Position numbers and translations under genes: made by a program | Part shown: positions 47,697 through 60,259 of the stretch, piece by piece | Layout: each line of letters opens with the position of its first letter | How positions within the stretch are numbered: position 1 is the first letter of the stretch | Assembly (NCBI GenBank): GCA_965203355.1 | Contig: OZ241889.1 | Coordinates: forward strand, 2,304,001 to 2,368,000 | Reading direction: 5' to 3' | DNA: 64,000 bases | From: Candidatus Latescibacterota bacterium | GTDB taxonomy: Bacteria; Latescibacterota; UBA2968; UBA8231 | The notes under the pieces: model-generated | What the model was told of the DNA's origin: nothing | What the model saw: only the letters and a program-made list of their open reading frames with translations | Database searches by the model: none

Positions 47697-50600
47697 CTAG
47701 GCGTGCTGCGTCACGGAGAACCGCGAGCCTAGATCGGGATGTTTAGTGACCTCAATTTGCACTGGAAAGGCCGCCTTGAGTTGGTCGAGATGCGTGACGA
47801 TCAACACCTTTTTGAAATCATCGCTGATTTTTTGGATGGCTTCGATGAGTTGCTCTAATCCCTGTTCGTCTTGCGTCCCGAAACCCTCGTCGATAAAGAG
47901 GGTGTGGAGGCGGGTGCCCGAGCGCATGGCCAGCACCTTGGAGAGCGCGATGCGCAAGGCAAAATTGGTGCGGAATGCCTCGCCCCCGGAATAAAGGTGA
48001 TAGGAGCGCTCGCCAACCTCATCGGCGATCTTGACATCGAGGGTTTCGCGGGTGCCGCCTTTTTTGAGATCGCGCAGCGATTCAAAGGCGACTTGGATGC
48101 GGTTGTCGGTCAGGCGCGCGAGAATGGCGTTGGCTTCTTCGGCAATCTGCGGCACGGCGTTTTCGATAATCAGCGCTTGGATCCCATCCTTGCCGAATGC
48201 CTTGTCGAGTTGTTGGTAAATCCAGGTCTGGCGCTGGGTGCCTTGGAGCTTTTCGCGTAGTTGGCCCTGCTCCTGCGCCAACTCGGCGCAGCGTGCGCAC
48301 AGGGCCTCTAGGTTACCCCGGTGCTGGAGGTGTTGGTCTCGCTCGGCTCGTAGCTTTTCCAGTTGGGCTTGGTTTTCGCCGAGTTTCCTATCGACGCCTT
48401 CTAACTCACGGGTCCGCTCGTGCAACGCTTCCTTTTCTTCTTTTACCGTCTGCAATTGCTTCGCTAGGGTGGAGGCTTCGGTTTCGTAGCGCGTCCGCGA
48501 GTCGCGGGACGATTCGCGGCGTTGGCGAGCGTGTTGCAGGCGCTCGAACTGCCGCGCACTGTCGCGCAGATCGTCGTGTTGCAGACGCAACCGCTGGTGC
48601 TCGGCCCCATCGTAGCCTAGGGCTACAAGCTGCTGCTCAACTTGGCCGAGTTGCTCCCGTTCCGCTTGGGCATAGCGGGACTCGGCGAGCTGTTGGGCGG
48701 CTCGGTCGAGTTGGGTCTGAGCTTCGGCCCGCTCGCTGTTGAGCCGGTCGGCTTGGCTTTTGGCATCCTGCAAGCGGGCGTACTCAGCTTCAACCGGACG
48801 CAAATCCGCGAGCTTTTGGCCCAGTGCCTCGTGTTTGGTGCTGCTGTAGCCCGACTGCTCAATTTCGCTGGAGAGCTTGTACAGGCGTTCGCGTTCGCGG
48901 GGCGCGTATGATTGGTCGCTGAGTTCGCGGTCGAGGGCCGCTAGTTGCTCCTCTAGTGCTTGGGCCTCAGCCGTTGATTCCCGTATTTGCGCGAGACGAG
49001 CCGCTCCGGTGGCTAGGTCTTGGTGGACCTGCTGGAGAGGCGCGATTTCCTCGTCAAGGACCTTGTAGCGCGTGCGCATCTTTTGCACTTGATCGCCGAG
49101 CGCGGCGAGTTCGCGGTCGAGCGCGGCGATGCGCTCTTGGCGGCGCTCTTCCCGCTGCGCTAGTTCGACTGCGACCCGCTGGCGGTGTTCGGCGTCGAGG
49201 TCGCTACCGCACAGTGGGCAATTGGCGTCGGCAGAATCGACCAAGGCCAGTGCCTGTTGATGCTCGGTGGCCAATTCTTCTTCAGCGCGGCGTTGCTGCT
49301 CCCGCTCGCTGATCTGGACCTTGAGGTCGCGGCCCTCATCCGCGAGGCGATCCCGTTTCTCGGCTTTGGTCTGCAATTGAGTCCGCTGCGCGCGCAACTG
49401 GTGGATTTGGGCTTCTAAGGCTTTCTCCTCAGCTTTAGCTCGTTCTAGCTGGGCCAATTGCTTGGCGAGTACTTGGCGCTGATTCTTGCGCTGATTCTCT
49501 GCAAGCGCTAGGGCGTGTTCGAGGCGACGGTGCTCGCTGAGGAGATCCTCGTAGCGAATCCGCTCCTGCGCTAGGGCTTGGACCTCCTCGCTGATGGTTT
49601 TGAATTGGGCATAGCGAATGGCGATGGTCGGCTCTCGATTGAGCAAGGCTTGATGCTCGTCGAGTTGGCGCTGGCGCTCGCCAAGGGTCGCTGCCCAGCG
49701 CTCTTGCTGCCGCTCCACTTCTTGGTGCGCTTGGGCGATGCGCTCTGCTAGCTGGCGGCGGTGGGTTTCTAACGCGCCGTGTTGCTGGGCTTTTTGTTCG
49801 AGCTGGCCGACTTGGGTGTGGAGCTGATTGTAGGTTGCAAAGTTTTGCTCAATGGATTTAGCGGCTGCTAGGATTTCGCTGTCTTGAAGCTGCTGCTCTC
49901 GCAGGTTTTCGAGTTCGGCGGCGACCTGCTGTTCCCGGCCGGTGATGCGCTTTTGCTCTCGCGTTAGCTCGGCGATGCGCTGGCCTATTTGCACTAGCGC
50001 GAGGCGCTGGGCCTCCAACTCGGTTTGCCCTGTTTCTCGGCTGCTGATTTCGCGCCCGAGCAGAGCGAGGTGGTTATCGACAGCGTGTAGTTCGGATTCG
50101 TAGCCTGCGCGCTTGGCCAATTCGGCATCGAGCGCGCCGAGGCGGGTTTGCAAAGCCTCGCTCTGGCGCTGGTGTTCTTGATAGCGGACTCGAGCCATGC
50201 CTTGGAGATGGTCGTAGCGCTCCAAGCCGAGGATCCGCCCGAGGACTTCTTTGCGCTGTCTGGCGTTTTTTTGGGTGAATTCGTCGGCGCGTCCTTGGAC
50301 GATGAAGGCCGAGTTGACAAAGGTGTCGTAGTCCATGGCTAGGAGTTCGTTGATGCGCCGCTGGGTGGGATTGATGCCCTCGCCTTCGCTGAGAGTGCGG
50401 AAGGCACCGTCGCTTGCTACTTGCAGGTCTAAGGCCGGGACGCCCCGCTTGGTGCGACGCCAACTGCGGATGACGCGGAAGTGCTTTTCACCAAGGGCGA
50501 AGTCGAAGTCAACCCGCATTTCTCTGGCCCCGATCCGACACAATTCTTCGTCGCTGCGGCTTTTGCGCGCTTGGCCCCATAGGGCGTAGGTGATCCCGTC

Positions 50601-50729
50601 GAGCAAGGCAGATTTACCGTGCCCATTGCCGCCCGTGAGACAGGCGACGTGGAACTGGGAAAAGTCGAGTGGCGGCACTTCCTCGCCGTAGCTGAGAAAG
50701 TTGCGCAGTGAAAGGGAGAGGGGGATCAT
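47697..50729 (-). CDS. sbcC: SbcC/Rad50-like SMC ATPase
   Basis: GNGHGKS, IVQG, coiled coils with CPLCG hook, YSGGE, FIDEGFG, VTH. Confidence 0.93.
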   Translation of the reverse strand: MIPLSLSLRNFLSYGEEVPPLDFSQFHVACLTGGNGHGKSALLDGITYALWGQARKSRSDEELCRIGAREMRVDFDFALGEKHFRVIRSWRRTKRGVPALDLQVASDGAFRTLSEGEGINPTQRRINELLAMDYDTFVNSAFIVQGRADEFTQKNARQRKEVLGRILGLERYDHLQGMARVRYQEHQRQSEALQTRLGALDAELAKRAGYESELHAVDNHLALLGREISSRETGQTELEAQRLALVQIGQRIAELTREQKRITGREQQVAAELENLREQQLQDSEILAAAKSIEQNFATYNQLHTQVGQLEQKAQQHGALETHRRQLAERIAQAHQEVERQQERWAATLGERQRQLDEHQALLNREPTIAIRYAQFKTISEEVQALAQERIRYEDLLSEHRRLEHALALAENQRKNQRQVLAKQLAQLERAKAEEKALEAQIHQLRAQRTQLQTKAEKRDRLADEGRDLKVQISEREQQRRAEEELATEHQQALALVDSADANCPLCGSDLDAEHRQRVAVELAQREERRQERIAALDRELAALGDQVQKMRTRYKVLDEEIAPLQQVHQDLATGAARLAQIRESTAEAQALEEQLAALDRELSDQSYAPRERERLYKLSSEIEQSGYSSTKHEALGQKLADLRPVEAEYARLQDAKSQADRLNSERAEAQTQLDRAAQQLAESRYAQAEREQLGQVEQQLVALGYDGAEHQRLRLQHDDLRDSARQFERLQHARQRRESSRDSRTRYETEASTLAKQLQTVKEEKEALHERTRELEGVDRKLGENQAQLEKLRAERDQHLQHRGNLEALCARCAELAQEQGQLREKLQGTQRQTWIYQQLDKAFGKDGIQALIIENAVPQIAEEANAILARLTDNRIQVAFESLRDLKKGGTRETLDVKIADEVGERSYHLYSGGEAFRTNFALRIALSKVLAMRSGTRLHTLFIDEGFGTQDEQGLEQLIEAIQKISDDFKKVLIVTHLDQLKAAFPVQIEVTKHPDLGSRFSVTQHA

Positions 50730-51994
50730 CCGGCGTCTTCATCGCGTTGGCCAGCTTCAAGTTCGCGCTCTAGATGGAGCGCGTAGCTTTTGAGCTCGGC
50801 GCGGTGTGTTTGTAGGTCTGGGCTGTTGTCAATGTAGCGGTCGAGAGCGTCGCCTAGCTCGGCTTCCTCGCTGATTTCGGCACGGCGTTGGATCACTTCC
50901 GGGGCAAAGCGCGGCTGAATAGAGGCGACGTGGAAGGCCGGTTCGAGTGCTTGCCGCACCTGTTGTAAGTCCACCGGTGTGGCGTAGCCTGTGGGCAGGT
51001 CGTAGAGAACGCGGACTACGGCGTCTGCCAGATCGGCCTTGGCACAGGCCGCGACGATGCATTCGGTCGCGTCTTGGCCATCGCGTACCTTTAGCTTGAT
51101 GGTTGCAAATCGCCGCGCTGGGACGGGGATGAACTCAAAGGTGGTTGCCCGACCCCTCGACGCGGTTGCGTCCTCTGCGATGCGTACGAGGCAGAAACCC
51201 TTGTCTTCGCTTTCTTCGCCGAAGTCAATGCGCTCTAGGCTACCCGAATAGACCACGGGCGGATGTTGGCCGGGATTGAGGTTTTGGTATTTGTGGATGT
51301 GCCCCAAGGCGACGTAGTCGTAGGCGGGGTTGGCAAGAGCGCTCGTGAGCAAAACGGGGTCTTGGCCGATGATAGCGGTGCGTTCGCCTCCAGAATAAAT
51401 GGCGTCGGCGGCCGTGAGGTGGGCAACGAGTACACCCGGCAGCGTTGGATCGAGCTGCCGGGCGTACTCGTCGATTTGGACCGCGTAGATCTTTTGTATT
51501 TGGACGCAGATTTCCTCTAGGGGCAGGTCGCGGTATTCGTCGTGGGTGAGTAGGGCATGGCGCGTCGGCCAGGGTAGGCCGGCCACTTGTACTGGGCCGT
51601 TGGCCGTTTCGATGTGCAGTATCTCAGGACGGTGGATGACGTGAGTGCCCGCTAGCTGTAGGGTGCTGAAAATGTCAACTGAAGTGGCCTTGCCGAAAGC
51701 ACCTGGGGCGTCGTGATTGCCCACTACCAGCACGATGGGGATGCGGGCGGCTTGCAGGCGTTGGAGTTGGCGGGCCAAGACGCGCTGATGGGTCGGGGTC
51801 GGATCGCAATTTTTGTACATGTCGCCGGCGAAGAGAACCAAATCGACCGCCTTTTCAATGGCTAGGTCAAAGACCGTTTCTAGGCTATTGGCAAAATCTT
51901 GAACCCGCGAATGCAGGCCGGTGCTTGGGTCGAGACTGCCGTGGTTTTCGACGCCTAGATGCAGATCGGCAAAGTGCAGAATGGTCAAGGCCAT
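50726..51994 (-). CDS. sbcD: SbcD/Mre11-like nuclease
   Basis: ADLHLG, AGD, GNHD, AHL, LGHIH, YSGS. Confidence 0.93.
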   Translation of the reverse strand: MALTILHFADLHLGVENHGSLDPSTGLHSRVQDFANSLETVFDLAIEKAVDLVLFAGDMYKNCDPTPTHQRVLARQLQRLQAARIPIVLVVGNHDAPGAFGKATSVDIFSTLQLAGTHVIHRPEILHIETANGPVQVAGLPWPTRHALLTHDEYRDLPLEEICVQIQKIYAVQIDEYARQLDPTLPGVLVAHLTAADAIYSGGERTAIIGQDPVLLTSALANPAYDYVALGHIHKYQNLNPGQHPPVVYSGSLERIDFGEESEDKGFCLVRIAEDATASRGRATTFEFIPVPARRFATIKLKVRDGQDATECIVAACAKADLADAVVRVLYDLPTGYATPVDLQQVRQALEPAFHVASIQPRFAPEVIQRRAEISEEAELGDALDRYIDNSPDLQTHRAELKSYALHLERELEAGQRDEDAG

Positions 51995-52076
51995 GAGATG
52001 TTGTTTGGGAAGAGGTGGCTCGGTCTGTAAATTTATTAAAAGGAGGGTGGCGAACTTGGGCAAGTCCTTAGCCTGT

Positions 52077-52105
52077 TTGCACCTAGACACCGTTTTTGTT
52101 ATATT
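52077..52105 (+). promoter_or_regulatory. sigma70-type promoter for greA
   Basis: TTGCAC-N17-TATATT with an extended -10 TG. Confidence 0.6.
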
Positions 52106-52120
52106 AACCCTCTATAAAGG

Positions 52121-52152
52121 AAGGCGGAAGCGGTATTACGCTTCCGCTTTTT
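52121..52152 (+). terminator. Intrinsic terminator in the greA leader
   Basis: AAGGCGGAAGCG-GTATTA-CGCTTCCGCTTTTT. Confidence 0.7.
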
Positions 52153-52194
52153 GTGTTGAATAACACATGTTGTTCTCTCCTTAAAGGCTTGGTA

Positions 52195-52665
52195 ATGAGT
52201 GAAGTATATCTTTCGCGCGAAGGCTACGAGAAACTTCAGGGCGAGTTGAAGGGACTCAAGGAGACCGAACGCCCTGAAGTGCGCCAAGCACTACAACGGG
52301 CGCGGGAATTTGGCGACCTGTCCGAAAACGCCGAGTATTCGGCGGCTAAAGAAAGGTTGCTCTTCCTAGAGCAGCGCATCAGCAAGCTCGAAGAGACTCT
52401 CAGCCGGGCCCGCCTGCTAGAAAACGAGGCGATCCCAGAAGACAAGGTTTATATCGGGGCCACCGTGGAACTGGAAGACCTCGCGCAGGCGCGCCAGCTC
52501 ACGTACACGCTCGTCGCTCCCGAGGAAGCGGATTTTGAAGCGGGGAAAATCTCCACGGTTTCGCCGATAGGCAAGGGATTACTCGGGCATCAAGAAGGCG
52601 AAGAAATCGAAATTGAAGTGCCCGTTGGCAAGCTGCATTACAGGATTGTCAAAATCACGCGCTGA
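52195..52665 (+). CDS. greA: Transcription elongation factor GreA
   Basis: AREFGDLSENAEY, ISTVSPIGKGLLG. Confidence 0.96.
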   Translation: MSEVYLSREGYEKLQGELKGLKETERPEVRQALQRAREFGDLSENAEYSAAKERLLFLEQRISKLEETLSRARLLENEAIPEDKVYIGATVELEDLAQARQLTYTLVAPEEADFEAGKISTVSPIGKGLLGHQEGEEIEIEVPVGKLHYRIVKITR

Positions 52666-52687
52666 GCGCAAGTATCCAGTTCACTTG

Positions 52688-52732
52688 GCGACTCCCGGAA
52701 AGGCCCGCGTCTCTCCGGGAGTTTCGCGTTTT
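52688..52732 (+). terminator. Terminator after greA
   Basis: GCGACTCCCGGA...TCCGGGAGTTTCGC-GTTTT. Confidence 0.6.
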
Positions 52733-52751
52733 GGACCTGCGCCCAGTATTC

Positions 52752-52780
52752 TTGACATATTGAGAGGTCTGTTATATATT
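52752..52780 (+). promoter_or_regulatory. sigma70 promoter of the tRNA-rpmG-secE-nusG cluster
   Basis: TTGACA-N17-TATATT. Confidence 0.8.
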
Positions 52781-52819
52781 TAGGCTTCTGTAAATTAAAC
52801 GGGCATTAATCCGGCTCGA

Positions 52820-52896
52820 GCGGGAATAGCTCAGTTGGCTAGAGCGCGAGCCTTCCAAGCTCGGGGTCGCGGGTTCGAGTCCCGTTTCCCGCTCCA
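52820..52896 (+). tRNA. tRNA-Gly(TCC)
   Basis: Cloverleaf; CGAGC-CTTCCAA-GCTCG anticodon arm; GTTCGAGTC; encoded CCA. Confidence 0.97.
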
Positions 52897-52915
52897 GACC
52901 ACCAAAACGATTGCG

Positions 52916-52991
<76 letters not shown>

Positions 52992-53030
52992 CTTTCCTAA
53001 AGTGCTTTCATCTAAACGCGACAAGTTCTG

Positions 53031-53183
53031 ATGCCAAGAGATCAAATAACGCTGGAGTGCGAAGTGTGCAGCCAGCAAAATTACACGACGACCAAAAACA
53101 GGCGAAACCAGCCAAGCCGCGTGGAGTACAAAAAGTATTGCCGTTTTTGCCACAAGCACACGGCTCACAAGGAAGCCCGCTAG
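53031..53183 (+). CDS. rpmG: 50S ribosomal protein L33 (Zn-ribbon form)
   Basis: [50 protein letters not shown]; translated by hand because it is absent from the ORF track. Confidence 0.95.
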   Translation: MPRDQITLECEVCSQQNYTTTKNRRNQPSRVEYKKYCRFCHKHTAHKEAR

Positions 53184-53187
53184 GCAT

Positions 53188-53263
53188 AGGGCAGTAGCTC
53201 AATTGGTAGAGCACCGGTCTCCAAAACCGGCGGTTGCAGGTTCAAGTCCTGTCTGCCCTGCCA
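53188..53263 (+). tRNA. tRNA-Trp(CCA)
   Basis: CCGGT-CTCCAAA-ACCGG anticodon arm; GTTCAAGTC; encoded CCA. Confidence 0.97.
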
Positions 53264-53285
53264 GGCTTCTGCATTAGGGAATGGG

Positions 53286-53474
53286 ATGTGGAATAAACTT
53301 ACTAATTTCATCAAAGATGTGCGGACCGAATTTTCCAAAGTGAGTTGGCCTACGCGCGAGGATTTGGTCAGTTCCACTGGGGTGGTATTAGTTTTTTCGG
53401 CGATTTTTGCGGTTTTTATTGGCATATTCGACCTTATTATTTCTTTTGTTTGGGGAATACTTCTAGGCCAGTAA
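53286..53474 (+). CDS. secE: Preprotein translocase subunit SecE
   Basis: EFSKVSWPTRE plus one TM helix; canonical position. Confidence 0.93.
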   Translation: MWNKLTNFIKDVRTEFSKVSWPTREDLVSSTGVVLVFSAIFAVFIGIFDLIISFVWGILLGQ

Positions 53475-53476
53475 TG

Positions 53477-53550
53477 TTCGCTGGGGCGTATCTAAAGGGA
53501 AGCGGCGCGCAATGTGCATCGCTTCTTTTTGTTAATCTACGCTCGGCGAA
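53477..53550 (+). promoter_or_regulatory. Long stem-loop with internal terminator-like hairpin between secE and nusG
   Basis: Outer TTCGCTGGGGCGTA/TACGCTCGGCGAA; inner AAAGGGAAGCGGCGCGC-AAT-GTGCATCGCTTCTTTTT. Confidence 0.55.
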
Positions 53551-53575
53551 TGGGGGCTAACACCGGATTGAAGCC

Positions 53576-54121
53576 ATGGCACAGTGCTGGTACGCTCTAC
53601 ATACGTATTCGGGGCACGAGAATAAGGTAAAGACCTACTTGGAGTCGCTCATTGAGTCGGGGGCTACCAACGGTGCGATTACCCAAGTCGTCGTGCCGAC
53701 CGAGGAAGTGGTCGAACTCCGCGCCGGCAAGAAAACCAAGACTCGGAAGCGGTTTTTGCCTAGTTATGTGCTAGTGGAAATGGAAATGACCAAGGACGCT
53801 TGGTTCCAAGTGACCAACATTCCCGGGGTAACTAACTTTGTCGGCCCAGCACGCAAGCCGCAACCGCTGCGGCAGGAGGAGATTGACCGCATCTTGGGGC
53901 ACGTTGATCGCCGCAAAGATCAAGAGGTCGAGGAGATTCCGTTTGCCGTTGACGATCAAGTTAAGGTCAATGATGGCGCGTTCAAAGATTTTATCGGCAC
54001 CGTGCAGGAGATACTGCCGGAGAAGCGCAGGTTGAAAATCATGGTGAGTATTTTTGGACGCGGTACATCTGTGGAATTGGACGTGTTGCAAGTCGAGTCG
54101 GTTCAAGAGACGGTCGGCTGA
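53576..54121 (+). CDS. nusG: Transcription factor NusG
   Basis: [30 protein letters not shown] domain, VSIFGR. Confidence 0.96.
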   Translation: MAQCWYALHTYSGHENKVKTYLESLIESGATNGAITQVVVPTEEVVELRAGKKTKTRKRFLPSYVLVEMEMTKDAWFQVTNIPGVTNFVGPARKPQPLRQEEIDRILGHVDRRKDQEVEEIPFAVDDQVKVNDGAFKDFIGTVQEILPEKRRLKIMVSIFGRGTSVELDVLQVESVQETVG

Positions 54122-54140
54122 TTTTAAGAGAGATAAAAAA

Positions 54141-54563
54141 ATGGCTAAAAAGGAAATAGCCCAAATCAAGTTGCAGGTTCCAGCCGGTCAGGCGAATCCA
54201 ACGCCGCCCGTTGGGCCGGCACTGGGGCAACACGGCGTTAATATCATGGAATTCTGCAAGACGTTCAATGCCCAGACCCAAGACCAGCAAGGGTTGATCA
54301 TTCCCGTAATCATTACAGTATACGCCGACCGCACGTTTTCATTTATTACTAAGACGCCGCCGGCTGCGGTGTTGTTGTTGCGGGCTGCGGGAAAAGCCAA
54401 GGGGTCGGGCGTACCCAACCGGGATCACATCGGCGTTGTATCTTCGGATCAGGTGCGCGAAATCGCCGAATTGAAAATGCCCGATTTGAACGCAGCCTCA
54501 ATGGAAGCCGCGATGTCGATGATCGCGGGAACGGCCCGCAGTATGGGGCTCTTGGTCGAGTAG
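54141..54563 (+). CDS. rplK: 50S ribosomal protein L11
   Basis: [27 protein letters not shown]. Confidence 0.97.
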   Translation: MAKKEIAQIKLQVPAGQANPTPPVGPALGQHGVNIMEFCKTFNAQTQDQQGLIIPVIITVYADRTFSFITKTPPAAVLLLRAAGKAKGSGVPNRDHIGVVSSDQVREIAELKMPDLNAASMEAAMSMIAGTARSMGLLVE

Positions 54564-54601
54564 TTGCTTCGCATTGTAAACCCTCATAAGAGGTTTAAGG
54601 T

Positions 54602-55300
54602 ATGGCCAGAGGAAAAAAATACAGAAACGCCTTGGCGTCTTTCGACCGCGACAGGGCCTATTCGTGGGAAGAGGGGATCCAGATCCTCAAGGGATTTCCG
54701 GTGTGCAATTACGACCCTACTGTCGAGCTTGCTTGCAACTTGGGAATTGATGGTCGCCAGGCCGACCAATCGCTGCGCGGCACAGTGATGTTGCCTCACG
54801 GTACCGGGAAGGAACTCCGGGTCTTAGTCATCACCCAAGGACCGCTAGTGCAGGAGGCCGAAGATGCTGGAGCCGATTTTGTCGGTGGGGCCGATATGGC
54901 CGAGAAGATCCAGGGCGGTTGGCTCGATTTCGACCTAGTCATTGCCTCTCCAGATATGATGGGGCAGGTAGGTAAGTTGGGAAGGATCCTGGGGCCGAGA
55001 GGCTTGATGCCCAACCCCAAGACCGGCACGGTAACGCGCGAGGTCGCCCAGGCCGTTCGCGAGGCCAAGGCCGGCCGCATTGAATACCGTGCCGATAGTA
55101 AGTCCGGCAACAACGCCCAAGGCCCCATCGGCAAGCTGTCTTTTACCGATCAGGCGCTGGTCGAAAACGCCCAAGCGTTTACCGATGCCATTTTGCGCGC
55201 CAAGCCGGCCGCGGCAAAAGGGCAGTACATCCGCAAGTTAGTCCTCTCGTCGGCAGTAGGGCCGGGCATCAAGATTGACCGCGCCCAGTTGGCTACCTAA
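54602..55300 (+). CDS. rplA: 50S ribosomal protein L1
   Basis: RGTVMLPHGTG, LGRILGPRGLMPNPK. Confidence 0.96.
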   Translation: MARGKKYRNALASFDRDRAYSWEEGIQILKGFPVCNYDPTVELACNLGIDGRQADQSLRGTVMLPHGTGKELRVLVITQGPLVQEAEDAGADFVGGADMAEKIQGGWLDFDLVIASPDMMGQVGKLGRILGPRGLMPNPKTGTVTREVAQAVREAKAGRIEYRADSKSGNNAQGPIGKLSFTDQALVENAQAFTDAILRAKPAAAKGQYIRKLVLSSAVGPGIKIDRAQLAT

Positions 55301-55311
55301 AGAAAGCGATT

Positions 55312-55845
55312 ATGGCGACGGCAGAGAAAGAAGCAAAAGTAGAAGAATTGAAGGCCATTATGGCCGAGGCCAAGGGCTTTTATTTGGCCGATTTTACGGG
55401 TATTGACGTAGCTGCCGTGACCGAGCTGCGCAACAAGCTACGCGATGGCGATGTTCAATACCAAGTGATCAAAAATCGCTTGGCCATTCGCGCGGCTGAG
55501 GAAGTGGGCATCGCCGGCCTCGAGAAGTATTTCTCCGGGCCTACGGCCTTGGCCTACTCAAAAGAAGATCCCATCGCACCGGCTAAAATTCTGCAAGACT
55601 TCGCTGCTGATGGCGGAAAAATTCAGGTCAAGACCGGCTTTATGGAGGGTGAAGTCCTCGCCGCTGACAAAGTTGAGGCGTTGGCTAAGCTGCCTTCTAG
55701 GGAAGAATTGCTAGGTAAGGTAGCTGCTGGCGTCCAGAGTCCGCTCTACGGGCTAAGCAGCGTCTTGAATGGGTTGATCCGAGGCTTAGTCTGCGCGTTG
55801 TCCGCCATCGAAAAGCAACGGGAAAAAGGCGGGGAAAACGCTTGA
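55312..55845 (+). CDS. rplJ: 50S ribosomal protein L10
   Basis: DFTG, LR..LR, VIKNRL, GPTALAY, LPSREEL. Confidence 0.95.
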   Translation: MATAEKEAKVEELKAIMAEAKGFYLADFTGIDVAAVTELRNKLRDGDVQYQVIKNRLAIRAAEEVGIAGLEKYFSGPTALAYSKEDPIAPAKILQDFAADGGKIQVKTGFMEGEVLAADKVEALAKLPSREELLGKVAAGVQSPLYGLSSVLNGLIRGLVCALSAIEKQREKGGENA

Positions 55846-55901
55846 TTCCCATTCGTCCCTTTTAACAAGCTCAAATACGGATATACAGGAGGCTGTATCC
55901 C

Positions 55902-56312
55902 ATGACCGAAGAAACCACTGTCACCACTGCCAATAGTAAGGTAGGTGAAATCATTGAGACCATCGGCGGCCTAACGGTCCTAGAACTAGCCGAGTTGGTC
56001 AAGGCCCTTGAAGACAAGTTTGGCGTGTCGGCCGCAGCACCGATGATGATGGCTGGTGCGATGCCCAGCGTTGGTGCTGGCGAAGAGGTCGCCGAGGAAA
56101 AGGATTCTTTTGACGTAGTGCTCACTAACGCTGGCGAGAAGAAGATCCAAGTTATCAAGATCGTCCGAGAGATCACTAGCTTAGGGCTGAAAGAGTCCAA
56201 GGCACTCGTCGACGAGGCTCCCAAGCCGATCAAGGAAGGGGCGACCAAGGAAGAAGCCGAAGAAATCCAGACCCGATTGCAGGATGCCGGAGCCACGGTA
56301 GAACTCCAGTAA
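55902..56312 (+). CDS. rplL: 50S ribosomal protein L7/L12
   Basis: [36 protein letters not shown]. Confidence 0.97.
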   Translation: MTEETTVTTANSKVGEIIETIGGLTVLELAELVKALEDKFGVSAAAPMMMAGAMPSVGAGEEVAEEKDSFDVVLTNAGEKKIQVIKIVREITSLGLKESKALVDEAPKPIKEGATKEEAEEIQTRLQDAGATVELQ

Positions 56313-56369
56313 GGACGGCTGCTTACGTAGGAGCTTATTCGTTCATACCTGCTTTTCTGCAGCGCACAT

Positions 56370-56399
56370 TCATGGAGCTATTGGCCAATAGCTCCATGA
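56370..56399. repeat. Perfect 30-bp palindrome in the rplL-rpoB spacer
   Basis: TCATGGAGCTATTGG|CCAATAGCTCCATGA. Confidence 0.85.
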
Positions 56400-56435
56400 G
56401 TATTTGGCTTAAACCACAAATTGAGGAGTTGGACT

Positions 56436-60221
<3,786 letters not shown>

Positions 60222-60259
60222 ATTGCAGAGCATTCGCATAAAGCGCAAAGGGGGTGCCA

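Noticed and set aside
55301-55311. L10 leader RNA
   Set aside because: The rplA-rplJ spacer is only 11 nt.
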